Below, in pieces: positions 44,599 through 55,264 of a stretch of 64,000 nt of DNA. This DNA is from Clostridia bacterium (GTDB lineage Bacteria; Bacillota; Clostridia; Christensenellales; CAG-917). Positions within the stretch are counted from its first letter, which is position 1; every line of letters begins with the position of its first letter. The notes below the pieces were generated by a model, which was not told where the DNA came from, did not search any database, and was given only the letters and a program-made list of their open reading frames with translations. The DNA is taken from positions 4,042 to 68,041 of the forward strand of contig JAZLBO010000006.1 in assembly GCA_045613765.1 (NCBI GenBank), in the 5' to 3' direction. The position numbers and the translations under genes were made by a program.

Positions 44599-45519
44599 AT
44601 GAAAAAAAGAGTTCTTGACAAGGTCTTTGCCGACCTCAATCAAAAAGTACAAGCAAGGCAAAACGCCCTTGCATCTTTGCGTGCACAAGCATACGAGATT
44701 GAAGAAATCTCCAATGCACAAAGAGATTATTCAAAGGCAAAGTTTGACGCTCTTGCAAAAGGTGTTCAAAATGATGAAAATCTCAAAAACGCACGTTCAA
44801 AGTATATAAATGCACTTGTAAAATACGGATATAGTGAAAATTCCTTTGATTACGTGCCTTTCTGCAAGGCTTGTGGCGACACGGGATACACTGACGGTAA
44901 GTTGTGTGGTTGTGTCAAAAAAAAATATATCATCAACCTTGCAAAAGAGTGCGATATCATCACAAAAGCCCCCTTCTCTTTCAAAGATTGCAACACTGAC
45001 GGCATGAGAAAGGAACAAGGAGATGCACTTAAAAAACTCTATGATTTTGCAGAGAAATACGTGGCAAAATACCCAAACGTCACAAAACACATTTTGGTGT
45101 TTATGGGCGCAACCGGCACAGGCAAAAGTTGTCTTGCATCTGCCATGTCAAGAAAGGCAGTCCTTGAAAAAGGAAAAAGCGCACTTGTGATGTCTGCATA
45201 CGAGTTCAACAACAACTCTCTCAACTGCCATCTCGCACCTATGGAAGACAAAAATCGTATCCTTCACGACGTGATGACCTGCGATTTCCTTGTCATTGAC
45301 GACCTTGGCACAGAGCCTATGCTCAAAAACGTAACTTGTGAATATATGCAACTCATCCTTGACGAAAGAGTGCGCAGAAACGTGACGACTATCATCACAA
45401 CCAATCTCAGTGAATTGCAGTTGAAGGAAAGATATGGCGAGCGTATCTTCAGCAGATTGAGTGATGCAAAGGGATCACTTATGCGCAATATCCCCGGTCA
45501 AGACCTTAGATTGAAGTAA
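44599..45519 (+). CDS. DnaI/DnaC-like helicase loader ATPase
   Basis: ATG 2 nt after the upstream stop. Zn-finger-like CKACGDTGY..CGC, Walker A GATGTGKSCLASA, Walker B LVIDDLG. Confidence 0.85.
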   Translation: MKKRVLDKVFADLNQKVQARQNALASLRAQAYEIEEISNAQRDYSKAKFDALAKGVQNDENLKNARSKYINALVKYGYSENSFDYVPFCKACGDTGYTDGKLCGCVKKKYIINLAKECDIITKAPFSFKDCNTDGMRKEQGDALKKLYDFAEKYVAKYPNVTKHILVFMGATGTGKSCLASAMSRKAVLEKGKSALVMSAYEFNNNSLNCHLAPMEDKNRILHDVMTCDFLVIDDLGTEPMLKNVTCEYMQLILDERVRRNVTTIITTNLSELQLKERYGERIFSRLSDAKGSLMRNIPGQDLRLK

Positions 45520-45586
45520 TTGATATCCTTGACAAAGTAAATATCAACCAAGCAAAACAATAATCAACAACCTACAATTAGCAAAT

Positions 45587-45617
45587 GAAAAAGCACCGAA
45601 GTTTCGGTGCTTTTTTG
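45587..45617. terminator. Bidirectional intrinsic terminator
   Basis: AAAAA-GCACCGA-agtt-TCGGTGC-TTTTTT. Confidence 0.8.
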
Positions 45618-45655
45618 TTTTGATTGATTTGAGATACGCTATTTGATTTGACGTT

Positions 45656-46159
45656 TTAGCCTATGTTGATAGAATTTGTAAGACCAAGTGCATTGAAGAT
45701 TTGGTTGGGCAATGATGTCACGCCTTCAACAAAGTGGACTTTGTAGTTTTTGCCTGTTGTGTCAATGTGCAACACACCGTAATCTCTCACAAGATATTTG
45801 ATGAAAAGGTTTTCAGGGACACCAATAATTGTGTCGATATCATCTTTTGCAATGACCACTTCGCCTTTTCTTGTGTAGATAACAAGATTGTCGCCTTCAA
45901 TACGGACAAGGTCTTCGGGGGATTTCTTCCAGTTGACAAAACGGATTGTAAACCAAACGCTACCACAAATGGTGACTGCCAAAAAGAGTCCAACAATGAG
46001 TGACACATAGTATCCATCAACAAAAAGACCGGGGCCATACAATGAGATGACAACTATGACGCCAACGATTGTTGCAACTGTGAGAACCATGCAAAGAATT
46101 GCACAACCCAAGAGATAATAGAAGATTGCTGATGCTGTAGATTTTCTGCCTAAAGTCAT
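45656..46159 (-). CDS. Membrane protein with two or three N-terminal TM helices and a bacterial PH-like C-terminal domain
   Basis: 167 aa. Hydrophobic N-terminal half, then LVRIEGDNLVIYTRKGEVVIAKDDI...VLHIDTTGKNYKVHFV, which resembles bPH/YdbT-type domains. Confidence 0.5.
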   Translation of the reverse strand: MTLGRKSTASAIFYYLLGCAILCMVLTVATIVGVIVVISLYGPGLFVDGYYVSLIVGLFLAVTICGSVWFTIRFVNWKKSPEDLVRIEGDNLVIYTRKGEVVIAKDDIDTIIGVPENLFIKYLVRDYGVLHIDTTGKNYKVHFVEGVTSLPNQIFNALGLTNSINIG

Positions 46160-46360
46160 TTCTATATTCCTTTTTTGTTAAATTATTTTTCTTTTGATAC
46201 ACCGATATTTGCACTGCGTTTTGTCGCACAAATATCATCTATTGATGATAATACACCTTCTTGCGCACAATGTCAATAGTCAATTTTGTTCATGTCATTT
46301 GATGATGGCAAATGATGACATTTATTTTTTGTAATTTGCTTGAAATAGTGTTTTATCTTC

Positions 46361-47269
46361 CTATTCTTCGCACATAAAGTGTTCTTTGTGCTTATTGAAG
46401 AAATTAAAATACATTTTGGGATTTTCAAGTTCCCACCACTTTTTCACGGACACAGGGTATTCGTCAAGGTCATAGATTTTGGCATTGTCTATGGCAAGCA
46501 TAAAGGGTGAGTGAGTGGCAATGATAAACTGACAACCACTGTACTTTGCCATATCCTTGATCATATCTGCAAGTTCCATTTGGAATTTGGGGGATAGACT
46601 ATTTTCAGGCTCGTCAAGAAGGAAGAGTGTATCGTTTTTCAACTTTTTGTAGAAGAACTTGAGCGCAGTTTCTCCATTGGAATTGAGTTTGACTTCCTTG
46701 CCGTTTTTGAGATATACGTATTGCCTTTTGGACAAACTCTTTTTCCTTGCAAGGACTTGTTCTCTCTTTTCTTCATAGTCTTCAAGGCCACGCATTTTAA
46801 CGGTGTCGCTATACTTAAGTTCAAGATGCATTTGACGTACGTTTTCCACGTTGTCGTGTATATCTTGATTGTTGACACGGACATTGAGCATATAGTCAAA
46901 CACATCATCACTTGTGATTATTCTACTGCCGTTTGGCACGTTTAGTTTGTCCCCTTCGTCATCATAACCCATTTTGTGCTTGCAACAATCAGTGTAAACG
47001 TCAAACATTGTACTACTATTGAACGGCGCCATTCTTTTCAAACTCAACTTGTTTGTTATAAGGTTGAGCAATGTGCTTTTGCCACTTCCGTTGCCACCAT
47101 ACAAAATTGTCACGTCACTGAAATCAAGGCTTGAAAGACCTTTTTCAATAAATATACGGCAAGGATACGGATTTGAGGTGTATCCTGCTTGACTACTATA
47201 CCAATCGCCCTGCGAAATATCATCTTCTTGGGCATGGGCGGGCAATTTGAATTGGTCAAGATAAATCAT
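46361..47269 (-). CDS. Stand-alone ABC/SMC-like AAA ATPase
   Basis: 302 aa. Walker A GGNGSGKSTLLNLI, NSNGE, Walker B LFLLDEPENSLSP, H-loop ATHSPFML. No fused effector domain. Confidence 0.75.
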   Translation of the reverse strand: MIYLDQFKLPAHAQEDDISQGDWYSSQAGYTSNPYPCRIFIEKGLSSLDFSDVTILYGGNGSGKSTLLNLITNKLSLKRMAPFNSSTMFDVYTDCCKHKMGYDDEGDKLNVPNGSRIITSDDVFDYMLNVRVNNQDIHDNVENVRQMHLELKYSDTVKMRGLEDYEEKREQVLARKKSLSKRQYVYLKNGKEVKLNSNGETALKFFYKKLKNDTLFLLDEPENSLSPKFQMELADMIKDMAKYSGCQFIIATHSPFMLAIDNAKIYDLDEYPVSVKKWWELENPKMYFNFFNKHKEHFMCEE

Positions 47270-47278
47270 ATTCCTCTC

Positions 47279-47728
47279 TTATCCTTCTGCATCAATATTG
47301 TTTGTCATCAATTTGAGCAAAGCCTCAAAGACTTGTCTTTCTGTTGTTTCAAAGTGATTGAAGGCCTTTTCAAAAAATTCTGCTCTTGTTTCTTCAATGG
47401 CAAGACGAATTTCTTCTCCTTTTGTAGTAAGCACCAACGTTTGCTCACGTTTGTCGGCGTTGGACACTTGGGCAGTGATATATCCTTTTTCTTTCAAGGA
47501 TTTGACACTGCGAGATACAAGACCTTTGCTCACATCAGTCATTGCCACGATTTCCCTTGCAGAATTTGTGTGTATAAGACAACACAAAACTTCAATCTCG
47601 TTGGGAGAAAGTGTAAATCTGCCAAGTGCTTTCAAAAGGTGCTTGGTGTAGGATTGCTCCAACTTCTTGAAAGCGCTGAAAAAATATGCGTTGTTTTCAA
47701 AATTTCTTTCCATACAAATAGTATACAA
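47279..47728 (-). CDS. MarR-family transcriptional regulator
   Basis: 149 aa. wHTH region LSPNEIEVLCCLIHTNSAREIVAMTDVSKGLVSRSVKSLKEKGYI. Ends 9 nt before the ATPase gene. Confidence 0.85.
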   Translation of the reverse strand: MYTICMERNFENNAYFFSAFKKLEQSYTKHLLKALGRFTLSPNEIEVLCCLIHTNSAREIVAMTDVSKGLVSRSVKSLKEKGYITAQVSNADKREQTLVLTTKGEEIRLAIEETRAEFFEKAFNHFETTERQVFEALLKLMTNNIDAEG

Positions 47729-47842
47729 TGTAAACTAATTTTTGTCAAAAGAAATAAAAAATATTTTCAAAAGCACGGCTCGTGTGATTGACAAGACACA
47801 TACCGTGTATTATAATAGGATACAATCAAATGGAGGTGCAAT

Positions 47843-48055
47843 ATGCTTCATACATGTTTCCCTGAAAGACTCAAATCACTTCGTCAAGAAAAGAATATCA
47901 AGCAAAGTGATCTTGCAGAACATCTCAAAGTGACAAAATCTGCCGTTTCCGGCTGGGAAGTTGGCAGAAATCAACCAAGTTTTGACATTTTGATTGAACT
48001 CAGCATATATTTTGAAGTTTCAGTTGACTACCTTATTGGCAGAAGAAACTACTAA
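47843..48055 (+). CDS. XRE-family HTH transcriptional regulator
   Basis: 70 aa. RLKSLRQEKNIKQSDLAEHLKVTKSAVSGWEVGRNQPSFDILIELSIYFEVSVDYLIG. Confidence 0.85.
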   Translation: MLHTCFPERLKSLRQEKNIKQSDLAEHLKVTKSAVSGWEVGRNQPSFDILIELSIYFEVSVDYLIGRRNY

Positions 48056-48118
48056 TATCAAAGGGGTATTTCTCTCCTTCCCCTGAAAATCAAGCGCAAA
48101 TGACCTTTGCGAGCAAAA

Positions 48119-48152
48119 TAAAAGCGAAACACAAATCGTGTTTCGCTTTTTG
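48119..48152. terminator. Bidirectional intrinsic terminator between the XRE gene and uvrA
   Basis: 9-bp stem GCGAAACAC / GTGTTTCGC (48124-32, 48138-46) with A- and T-runs. Confidence 0.8.
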
Positions 48153-48215
48153 TTTCAGTCAACGTTTCGTTGATTTGATTTTTGTCACAGTTTTTCTTAT
48201 ATCGTTTTGTTTTAA

Positions 48216-51026
48216 TTATTTTAGAATTTTATTCAAGTATTCCCCAGTGGCACTGCTTTCAACCTTGGCGACTTGCTCGGGTGTGCCTATTGCCACGATT
48301 GTTCCACCACCATCTCCACCTGCTGGGCCAAGATCTATGATATGGTCTGCCACCTTGATAACGTCAAGGTTGTGTTCAATGACGATAACCGTGTTGCCAC
48401 TGTCTGCAAGTCGGTTGAGAATTGAAAGAAGTCTTGAAACGTCGTGCGAGTGCAGTCCTGTTGTTGGCTCGTCAAGGATATAGACGGTTTTGCCCGTGCT
48501 ACGCTTTGAAAGTTCGGTGGCAAGTTTCACTCTTTGGGCTTCGCCACCTGAAAGGGTTGTTGATGACTGTCCAAGTTTGATATATCCAAGACCAACATCA
48601 TACAAGGTTTGGATTTTAGATTTGATTTTGGGCACGTTTTTGAAGAATTCAAGTGCTTCTTCCACCGTCATTTCAAGGACTTCGCCTATGGATTTGCCCT
48701 TGTACTTGACTTCCAATGTTTCTCTATTATAGCGTGCGCCCTTGCACACTTCACAAGGAATATATATGTCGGGAAGGAAGTGCATTTCAATCTTGATTAT
48801 GCCATCGCCTGAACAATGCTCACATCTGCCACCTGCCACATTAAATGAGAATCTGCCTGCGTTATAACCTCTTGCTTTTGCATCAGGCAGTGATGCAAAG
48901 AGTTCTCTAATTGGACCAAACACGCCTGTGTACGTTGCAGGGTTTGAGCGAGGTGTTCTGCCGATAGGACTTTGGTCTATGCAGATGACTTTGTCAAGAT
49001 GCTCAACGCCGTCTATGGAATTGTATTTGCCTTCTACAATATGACTGCCCATAAGTTTATTGGAAAGTGCAGGGTACAAAATTTCGTTGACAAGTGATGA
49101 TTTTCCACTGCCACTGACACCTGTCACTGCCGTAAATACGCCTATGGGGAAGTTGACATCAACATTTTTCAAGTTGTTTTGGCTTGCGCCTTTGACGGAT
49201 ATGAATTTATCCCCTATTTCTCTACGTTTTTGGGGTACGTCAATAGAATATTCACCAGACAAGTATTTGCCCGTGATACTATCCTTGCAGTTGATGATAT
49301 CTTCAACAGTGCCTTGTGCAACAACTTTGCCACCGTGCACGCCTGCGCCCGGGCCTATATCTACAATATAGTCGGCTTCACGGACTGTTTCTTCGTCGTG
49401 TTCGACAACAATGAGGGTATTGCCCAAGTCACGAAGTCCTTTCAATGAGTTGAGCAACTTTCTATTATCCCTTTGATGAAGTCCAATGCTTGGCTCGTCA
49501 AGGATATAAAGGACGCCTGTAAGTCCACTGCCAATTTGTGTGGCAAGACGGATACGTTGGCTCTCTCCACCAGACAACGTTGATGCAGTACGGCTCAACG
49601 TGAGATAACCAAGCCCAACGTTGATAAGGAAGTTGAGCCTTGCATTGATTTCCTTCAAAATTCGCCTTGCAATCATTTCTTCTGTTGAAGTAAGTTGCAG
49701 GCTTGAGATAAAGTCGTTCATCTTAAGGACGGACAACTCGCAAAGGTCATAAATATTCAATCCACCCACTGTCACTGCAAGTGCTTCGGCCTTTAATCTC
49801 TTGCCGTTGCACACAGGACAAGGCACGTTGATCATATACCTTGAAATCTCGGCTTTGACCATTTCGCTGTCTGTTTCACGATATCTTCTTTCAAGGTTGT
49901 TGACTATGCCTTCAAAGGGCGTGTGCATAACCCCTGAGAAACTGCGAGAATTCCACTCAACTGCAATAGGAGCACCTTCAGTGCCGTAAAAGATGACATT
50001 AAGTGCCGATTTGGACAAATCTTTGACAGGTGTATGCATAGAAAAGCCATATTCTTCTGCCAATGCTTTGAACTCGTTGCGAGCCATCTTTGATGAGTCG
50101 ATATACCATCCGTTTGCCTTGATGCCACCTTCTGCCAAGGACAAGTTTTCATCACGGATGAGAAGTTGTGGATCTATCTTTTGAGTGAACCCAAGACCTG
50201 TACAATGGGGGCAAGCACCATAGGGGTTGTTGAAAGAGAAAAGTCTTGGTGTCAGTTCCTCAAAACTCAATTCACAATGAGGGCAAGCGTACTTTGTTGA
50301 GTAGATGACTTCTTCGCTGTCAAAATCTACAATCACAAGTCCTTCTGCAAGTTTGACTGCATTTTCCACTGCCTCACTGACACGTCTTTCAACGCCTTCC
50401 TTGATGACAAGTCTGTCAATGATGACACCGATCTCGTGCTTGACGTTTTTGTCAAGGGTTATTTCTTCGTCAAGAGTGTAGTTTACACCGTCAATACGTA
50501 CACGGACGTAGCCTGCTCTCTTGTATTGTTCAAGTTCCTTTTTATATTCCCCTTTTCTGCCACGGACAACAGGTGCAATTACAAGGGTTTTTGCCCCTGT
50601 ACGAGCCATAACCTTGTCTGTGATTTGGTCAACGGTTTGTCTTTCTATTTCTCTGCCACATTTTGGACAATGAGGCTTGCCAATGCGAGCATACAAAAGA
50701 CGAAGATAGTCATATATTTCAGTGACTGTACCCACCGTTGAGCGAGGATTTTTTGATGTTGTTTTTTGGTCAATTGAAACGGCAGGGGAAAGACCTTCAA
50801 TATACTCCACGTCGGGCTTTTGCATTTGTCCAAGGAACATTCTTGCATAGGAAGAAAGACTTTCCATATACTTTCTTTGACCTTCTGCAAAAATGGTGTC
50901 AAAAGCAAGAGATGACTTGCCTGATCCAGACAAGCCAGAGAACACAACCAGTTTATCTCTTGGGATAGACAGGTCTATGTTTTGAAGATTGTTTTCCTTT
51001 GCGCCTTTTACAAAAATTTCTTTCAT
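48216..51026 (-). CDS. uvrA: Excinuclease ABC subunit A
   Basis: 936 aa. [23 protein letters not shown], two ABC modules and zinc-finger Cys clusters. Confidence 0.97.
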   Translation of the reverse strand: MKEIFVKGAKENNLQNIDLSIPRDKLVVFSGLSGSGKSSLAFDTIFAEGQRKYMESLSSYARMFLGQMQKPDVEYIEGLSPAVSIDQKTTSKNPRSTVGTVTEIYDYLRLLYARIGKPHCPKCGREIERQTVDQITDKVMARTGAKTLVIAPVVRGRKGEYKKELEQYKRAGYVRVRIDGVNYTLDEEITLDKNVKHEIGVIIDRLVIKEGVERRVSEAVENAVKLAEGLVIVDFDSEEVIYSTKYACPHCELSFEELTPRLFSFNNPYGACPHCTGLGFTQKIDPQLLIRDENLSLAEGGIKANGWYIDSSKMARNEFKALAEEYGFSMHTPVKDLSKSALNVIFYGTEGAPIAVEWNSRSFSGVMHTPFEGIVNNLERRYRETDSEMVKAEISRYMINVPCPVCNGKRLKAEALAVTVGGLNIYDLCELSVLKMNDFISSLQLTSTEEMIARRILKEINARLNFLINVGLGYLTLSRTASTLSGGESQRIRLATQIGSGLTGVLYILDEPSIGLHQRDNRKLLNSLKGLRDLGNTLIVVEHDEETVREADYIVDIGPGAGVHGGKVVAQGTVEDIINCKDSITGKYLSGEYSIDVPQKRREIGDKFISVKGASQNNLKNVDVNFPIGVFTAVTGVSGSGKSSLVNEILYPALSNKLMGSHIVEGKYNSIDGVEHLDKVICIDQSPIGRTPRSNPATYTGVFGPIRELFASLPDAKARGYNAGRFSFNVAGGRCEHCSGDGIIKIEMHFLPDIYIPCEVCKGARYNRETLEVKYKGKSIGEVLEMTVEEALEFFKNVPKIKSKIQTLYDVGLGYIKLGQSSTTLSGGEAQRVKLATELSKRSTGKTVYILDEPTTGLHSHDVSRLLSILNRLADSGNTVIVIEHNLDVIKVADHIIDLGPAGGDGGGTIVAIGTPEQVAKVESSATGEYLNKILK

Positions 51027-51027
51027 A

Positions 51028-52983
51028 CTACTTAAATTTGTTCAGTTGTTTTTTGAGTTCGCTTATCTCATCACGAAGTTTGATTGCCTTTTCAAAATCA
51101 AGGTCGCTTGATGCCACTTTCATAAGTCCTTTCAAGCGTTCAATTTCACTTACAAGGTCTTTATGTGACAAAACCTCATCTTTAACTTTCTTTTTTGTGA
51201 TTTCAAGGGTGTTTTTGAACTGTCTTTCAACTGTCCTTGGCACTATGCCATTTGCCTTGTTGTAGTCGCTTTGGATTTGCCTACGGCGATTGGTTTCTGT
51301 GATGGCTCTATTCATACTGTCCGTCATCACATCAGCGTACATAATGACTTTGCTCATGTGGTTTCGGGCTGCTCTGCCTATGGTTTGAATCAAGGCTTGC
51401 TCACTGCGTAAGAACCCTTCCTTGTCGGCATCAAGTATGGCAACGAGTTGCACTTCGGGGATATCCAAGCCTTCTCTCAAAAGGTCGATGCCCACAAGCA
51501 CGTCAAACTGCCCTTCACGAAGTCCACCAACTATGTCAATACGCTCAAGGGTGTCTATATCTGAGTGCATATATCTCACACGAATTCCCACTTCTTTGAG
51601 ATAGTCTGTAAGGTTTTCTGCCATCTTCTTTGTGAGAGTTGTCACAAGCACTCTGCCACCACGTTTCACAACGGCGTTGATTTCGCCAATCAAGTCATCA
51701 ATTTGTCCGTCAACGGGGCGCACTTCAATCTCGGGATCAAGAAGCCCTGTGGGACGGATGATCTGCTCTGCCACATTGTCTGCAAGATCCATTTCATACT
51801 TGCCGGGGGTTGCAGACACACAGACCATTTGACGTATTCTACTGTCAAATTCCTCAAAGTTCAACGGTCTATTGTCATAAGCAGATGGCAGACGGAAACC
51901 ATAGTCCACAAGATTGGTTTTTCTTGCTCTATCCCCGTTATACATACCACGGATTTGTGGCAAGGTCATGTGGCTTTCATCAACAAAGACAATAAAGTCC
52001 TTGGGGAAGAAGTCCAAAAGTGTGTATGGGGGTTGACCGATTTCTCTGCCGTCAAAATATCGTGAGTAGTTTTCAATGCCGGTGCAATAGCCCATCTCTT
52101 TCATCATTTCCACATCGTAGTTGACTCTTTCTTCAATACGTTGTGCCTCAATGAGTTTGTTGTTGGCTTTGAAGTACTCAATTTGATGCTGTTTATCTCT
52201 GTGAATTTGCGCAAAGATTTCTTCCTTTTCGCCACCAACAACATAGTGACTTGCAGGGAAAATATTTGCGTGTTTCAAATCGTTCAAAATCTTGCCTGTC
52301 AAGGCGTCAATTTCACTTATACGCTCAATGGTGTCGCCAAAAAATTCCACACGGATTGCCACTTCACTGTTGCTTGCAGGAAAAATGTCAACCACGTCGC
52401 CACGGACACGGAAAGTAGAACGAGAAAAATCAAAGTCTGCTCTCTTGTATTGTATATCCACAAGGTTGCGAAGAAGGGCATCTCTGTCCATATCTTCCCC
52501 TTCACGAAGGGATATGGCTTGAGAATAGTAGTCCAAGGGCGCACCAAGGCCGTATATACAACTGACAGATGCAACAACAATTACGTCACGTCTTTCACAA
52601 AGCGCACTTGTGGCAGAGTGGCGCAACTTGTCAATCTCGTCATTGATTTCAAGTTCCTTTTCTATATAAGTATCAGAGCGTGGGATATATGCTTCGGGTT
52701 GATAGTAGTCATAATAACTGACAAAAAACTCAACTCGATTGTGTGGGAAAAACTCCCTAAATTCATTGCAAAGTTGGGCAGCAAGTGTCTTGTTGTGTGC
52801 AATGACCAATGCAGGACGTTGCAATCTTTCAATGACATTTGCCATAGTAAAAGTTTTTCCACTGCCTGTCACGCCAAGCAAAACTTGAGTGGAAAAACCG
52901 TTTTCAAGTCCTTCTGCAAGGGACTCGATTGCCCGTGGTTGATCCCCACAGGGCTTATAGGATGAAACAAGTTGAAATTTCAT
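51028..52983 (-). CDS. uvrB: Excinuclease ABC subunit B
   Basis: 651 aa. [14 protein letters not shown], the helicase motifs and a C-terminal UVR domain ([14 protein letters not shown]). Confidence 0.97.
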   Translation of the reverse strand: MKFQLVSSYKPCGDQPRAIESLAEGLENGFSTQVLLGVTGSGKTFTMANVIERLQRPALVIAHNKTLAAQLCNEFREFFPHNRVEFFVSYYDYYQPEAYIPRSDTYIEKELEINDEIDKLRHSATSALCERRDVIVVASVSCIYGLGAPLDYYSQAISLREGEDMDRDALLRNLVDIQYKRADFDFSRSTFRVRGDVVDIFPASNSEVAIRVEFFGDTIERISEIDALTGKILNDLKHANIFPASHYVVGGEKEEIFAQIHRDKQHQIEYFKANNKLIEAQRIEERVNYDVEMMKEMGYCTGIENYSRYFDGREIGQPPYTLLDFFPKDFIVFVDESHMTLPQIRGMYNGDRARKTNLVDYGFRLPSAYDNRPLNFEEFDSRIRQMVCVSATPGKYEMDLADNVAEQIIRPTGLLDPEIEVRPVDGQIDDLIGEINAVVKRGGRVLVTTLTKKMAENLTDYLKEVGIRVRYMHSDIDTLERIDIVGGLREGQFDVLVGIDLLREGLDIPEVQLVAILDADKEGFLRSEQALIQTIGRAARNHMSKVIMYADVMTDSMNRAITETNRRRQIQSDYNKANGIVPRTVERQFKNTLEITKKKVKDEVLSHKDLVSEIERLKGLMKVASSDLDFEKAIKLRDEISELKKQLNKFK

Positions 52984-53018
52984 ATCTTACGTTCTTGTCC
53001 GTCCAAAGAAAATTGGTT

Positions 53019-53423
53019 TTATTTTGCGAGAAGATGCTCAATAAGAGCCTTAAGACCCATAGCAGCAAGACCGGAGCAAATACCACATCCAACTGCAAGC
53101 AAAAGACGGAAAGTGACGTTTGAACGGAACGCCCTTTCAACTCTTGCAAAAGCAAGACCTTTCTGCAACATATTGATGCAATACACAAGTTCGCCCTTCT
53201 TGTCACTGCGTGTGAGTTCAAAGTAGCCGTCGATTGCAAGGTTGGACATAATTGTGTCCAATTCATGTTCTTCGTATTCAATATCAAGGGGCAACTTTTC
53301 AAAAATTTCGATGGGTGAAATAAGACAAGTTCCATCTTTCTTGTCTGCCGATTGATATATGACACGCATTACCCATTTTTCTTTCTTTGTGAGAACGTGT
53401 TGTCTTTCAAGATTTATTCCCAT
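53019..53423 (-). CDS. Hypothetical 134-aa protein: BlaI-like winged-helix N-terminus plus a C-terminal TM helix (paralogue 1)
   Basis: LTKKEKWVMRVIY...ISPIEIFEKLP...LAIDGYFEL, then the hydrophobic segment FRLLLAVGCGICSGLAAMGL. Weak RBS. Confidence 0.6.
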   Translation of the reverse strand: MGINLERQHVLTKKEKWVMRVIYQSADKKDGTCLISPIEIFEKLPLDIEYEEHELDTIMSNLAIDGYFELTRSDKKGELVYCINMLQKGLAFARVERAFRSNVTFRLLLAVGCGICSGLAAMGLKALIEHLLAK

Positions 53424-53461
53424 AGTACACCAAAGAGCACTTTATAGTGCTTTTAATTACA

Positions 53462-53866
53462 TTAAAATACGTATTTGAGCAAAACAACTGCGATTGACAT
53501 CACTGTGCCACCACCAAGAAATGCGCCAAGGAAACCCATCCAAAATGCTTTTCTTGATGACACGTTGATTGCCTTATCTGTCTTGGCAGGGGCAGTCACA
53601 AGAGTGGCTTCTGCCACTTCTTCTGTGTGTTCAAGGACTTCATCAACAACCTTGACTGTCAAAAGACAGTATTCTTCAGGCTTGAAGTATTTGACCTTGA
53701 TATACTCTCTATCACGCAAGTCTTTGATGATAGATGAAAGTTGAAGTTTGGTCATTTGCTTGGGCAAGATTGCAAGAATTTCTTCTGCTTCAATGACCTT
53801 GTATATATCATCAGTGCCTGTCAAAGTGCGCAGTGCTTCCAGTACGACTTTTGCTTCTTCAACCAT
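53462..53866 (-). CDS. Hypothetical 134-aa protein: winged-helix-like N-terminus plus a C-terminal TM helix (paralogue 2)
   Basis: I prefer the ATG at 53866 (AAGGAG RBS). EAKVVLEALRTL...EEILAILP...LRDREYIKV, then AFWMGFLGAFLGGGTVMSIAVVLL. Confidence 0.6.
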   Translation of the reverse strand: MVEEAKVVLEALRTLTGTDDIYKVIEAEEILAILPKQMTKLQLSSIIKDLRDREYIKVKYFKPEEYCLLTVKVVDEVLEHTEEVAEATLVTAPAKTDKAINVSSRKAFWMGFLGAFLGGGTVMSIAVVLLKYVF

Positions 53867-53877
53867 AGTTTTTCTCC

Positions 53878-55194
53878 TTATTGTTCCTTTTGAAATGCGT
53901 AGTAGATTGCGTTGATTGCCTTCTCGTAGTCGCAAGTGTCAACACCGACAATGATGTTCAACTCGCTTGAGCCTTGGTCAATCATTCTTATGTTGATATG
54001 TGCCCCTGCAAGCGCCGAGAACACTGTTGCAGCAGTGCCAAGACGTGATGCCATATTGTGTCCAACGATTGCCACAAGTGAAAGACCACTGTGGATTTCA
54101 AGGTTGTCGGGGTTGATGTCTTCCTTGATTTTCTGCAATATCTTTTGCATCTTGCCGTTCAAGAACTCGTCACGTATGACAAGGGACATTGTGTCAATAC
54201 CACTGGGCAAATGCTCGAAGGATATTCCTTCGTATTCAAGGATTGAAAGCACTCTACGGACAAAGCCAACTTCACTGTTCATCATATCCTTTTCGATATT
54301 GATGATTGTCATACCCTTCTTGCCGGAGATACCCGTGACGATATTGTTGCCGTCAAGTTGATCCACCTTTTTGACGATCATTGTGCCAGGGTGGGAAGGA
54401 TTGAAGGTGTTTTTGATGTTGATAGGAAGACCTATGCTATGAACGGGGAAAATGCTTTCCGGGTGCATAACTTCTGCGCCCATATAGGACAATTCTCTCA
54501 ATTCCTTATAACTCAAACAGTTGATGGTTGTAGGCTTTTCAACGATACGAGGATCGGCAGTCAAAAATCCGTCAACGTCTGTCCAGTTTTCATAGATGTC
54601 AACGTGCATTGCACGAGCAACGATTGCACCACTGATGTCAGAGCCACCACGTGAGAAGGTGTGGACTTTGCCCTTACTATCACTTCCGTAAAAGCCGGGT
54701 ATGACTGCATAGTGCAATGTTGAGAGTTTTGCCTTCACTCTGTCGAGTGAATAGTCCAAAAGCAACTCACCCTTGTCGTTGAACTTGATGATGTCGTAGG
54801 CGTCAACAAACTCATAGCCAAGTTTTGCAGCAAGGATTTTTGCTGACAAATATTCCCCACGAGATGCTGCGTAGTCAGGTGTGGTTGACTCCTCAATACC
54901 CTTTTTGATGATTTGAAGATTTTCTTCAAGTTCAATGTCAACATTCAAGCCTTCAACGATTTCACGGAAACGTTTTTCCACTGTTTTGAAAGTGGAATCA
55001 CAGTTGCCTTTTTGCTTGACTTCACTGAAACAAGCGTAAAGCGCATCAGTGACCTTTACGTCTTGTGGCGTACGTTTGCCCGGTGCTGATACAACGATAT
55101 ATTTTCTTGACAGATCACTTTCGACAATATCCACAACCTTGTTGATCGTGCTTGCATTTGCCATTGAAGTTCCGCCAAATTTGCAAACTTTCAT
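53878..55194 (-). CDS. Aspartate kinase
   Basis: MKVCKFGGTSMA..., VVSAPGKRT, and a C-terminal ACT region. I prefer the ATG at 55194 over 55206. Confidence 0.9.
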   Translation of the reverse strand: MKVCKFGGTSMANASTINKVVDIVESDLSRKYIVVSAPGKRTPQDVKVTDALYACFSEVKQKGNCDSTFKTVEKRFREIVEGLNVDIELEENLQIIKKGIEESTTPDYAASRGEYLSAKILAAKLGYEFVDAYDIIKFNDKGELLLDYSLDRVKAKLSTLHYAVIPGFYGSDSKGKVHTFSRGGSDISGAIVARAMHVDIYENWTDVDGFLTADPRIVEKPTTINCLSYKELRELSYMGAEVMHPESIFPVHSIGLPINIKNTFNPSHPGTMIVKKVDQLDGNNIVTGISGKKGMTIINIEKDMMNSEVGFVRRVLSILEYEGISFEHLPSGIDTMSLVIRDEFLNGKMQKILQKIKEDINPDNLEIHSGLSLVAIVGHNMASRLGTAATVFSALAGAHINIRMIDQGSSELNIIVGVDTCDYEKAINAIYYAFQKEQ

Positions 55195-55264
55195 ATATGC
55201 TCCCATTATACTTTATAATAAGATTTCCTTTGGAAAAATGTGATTTTCTACGTCACTGACTTTG

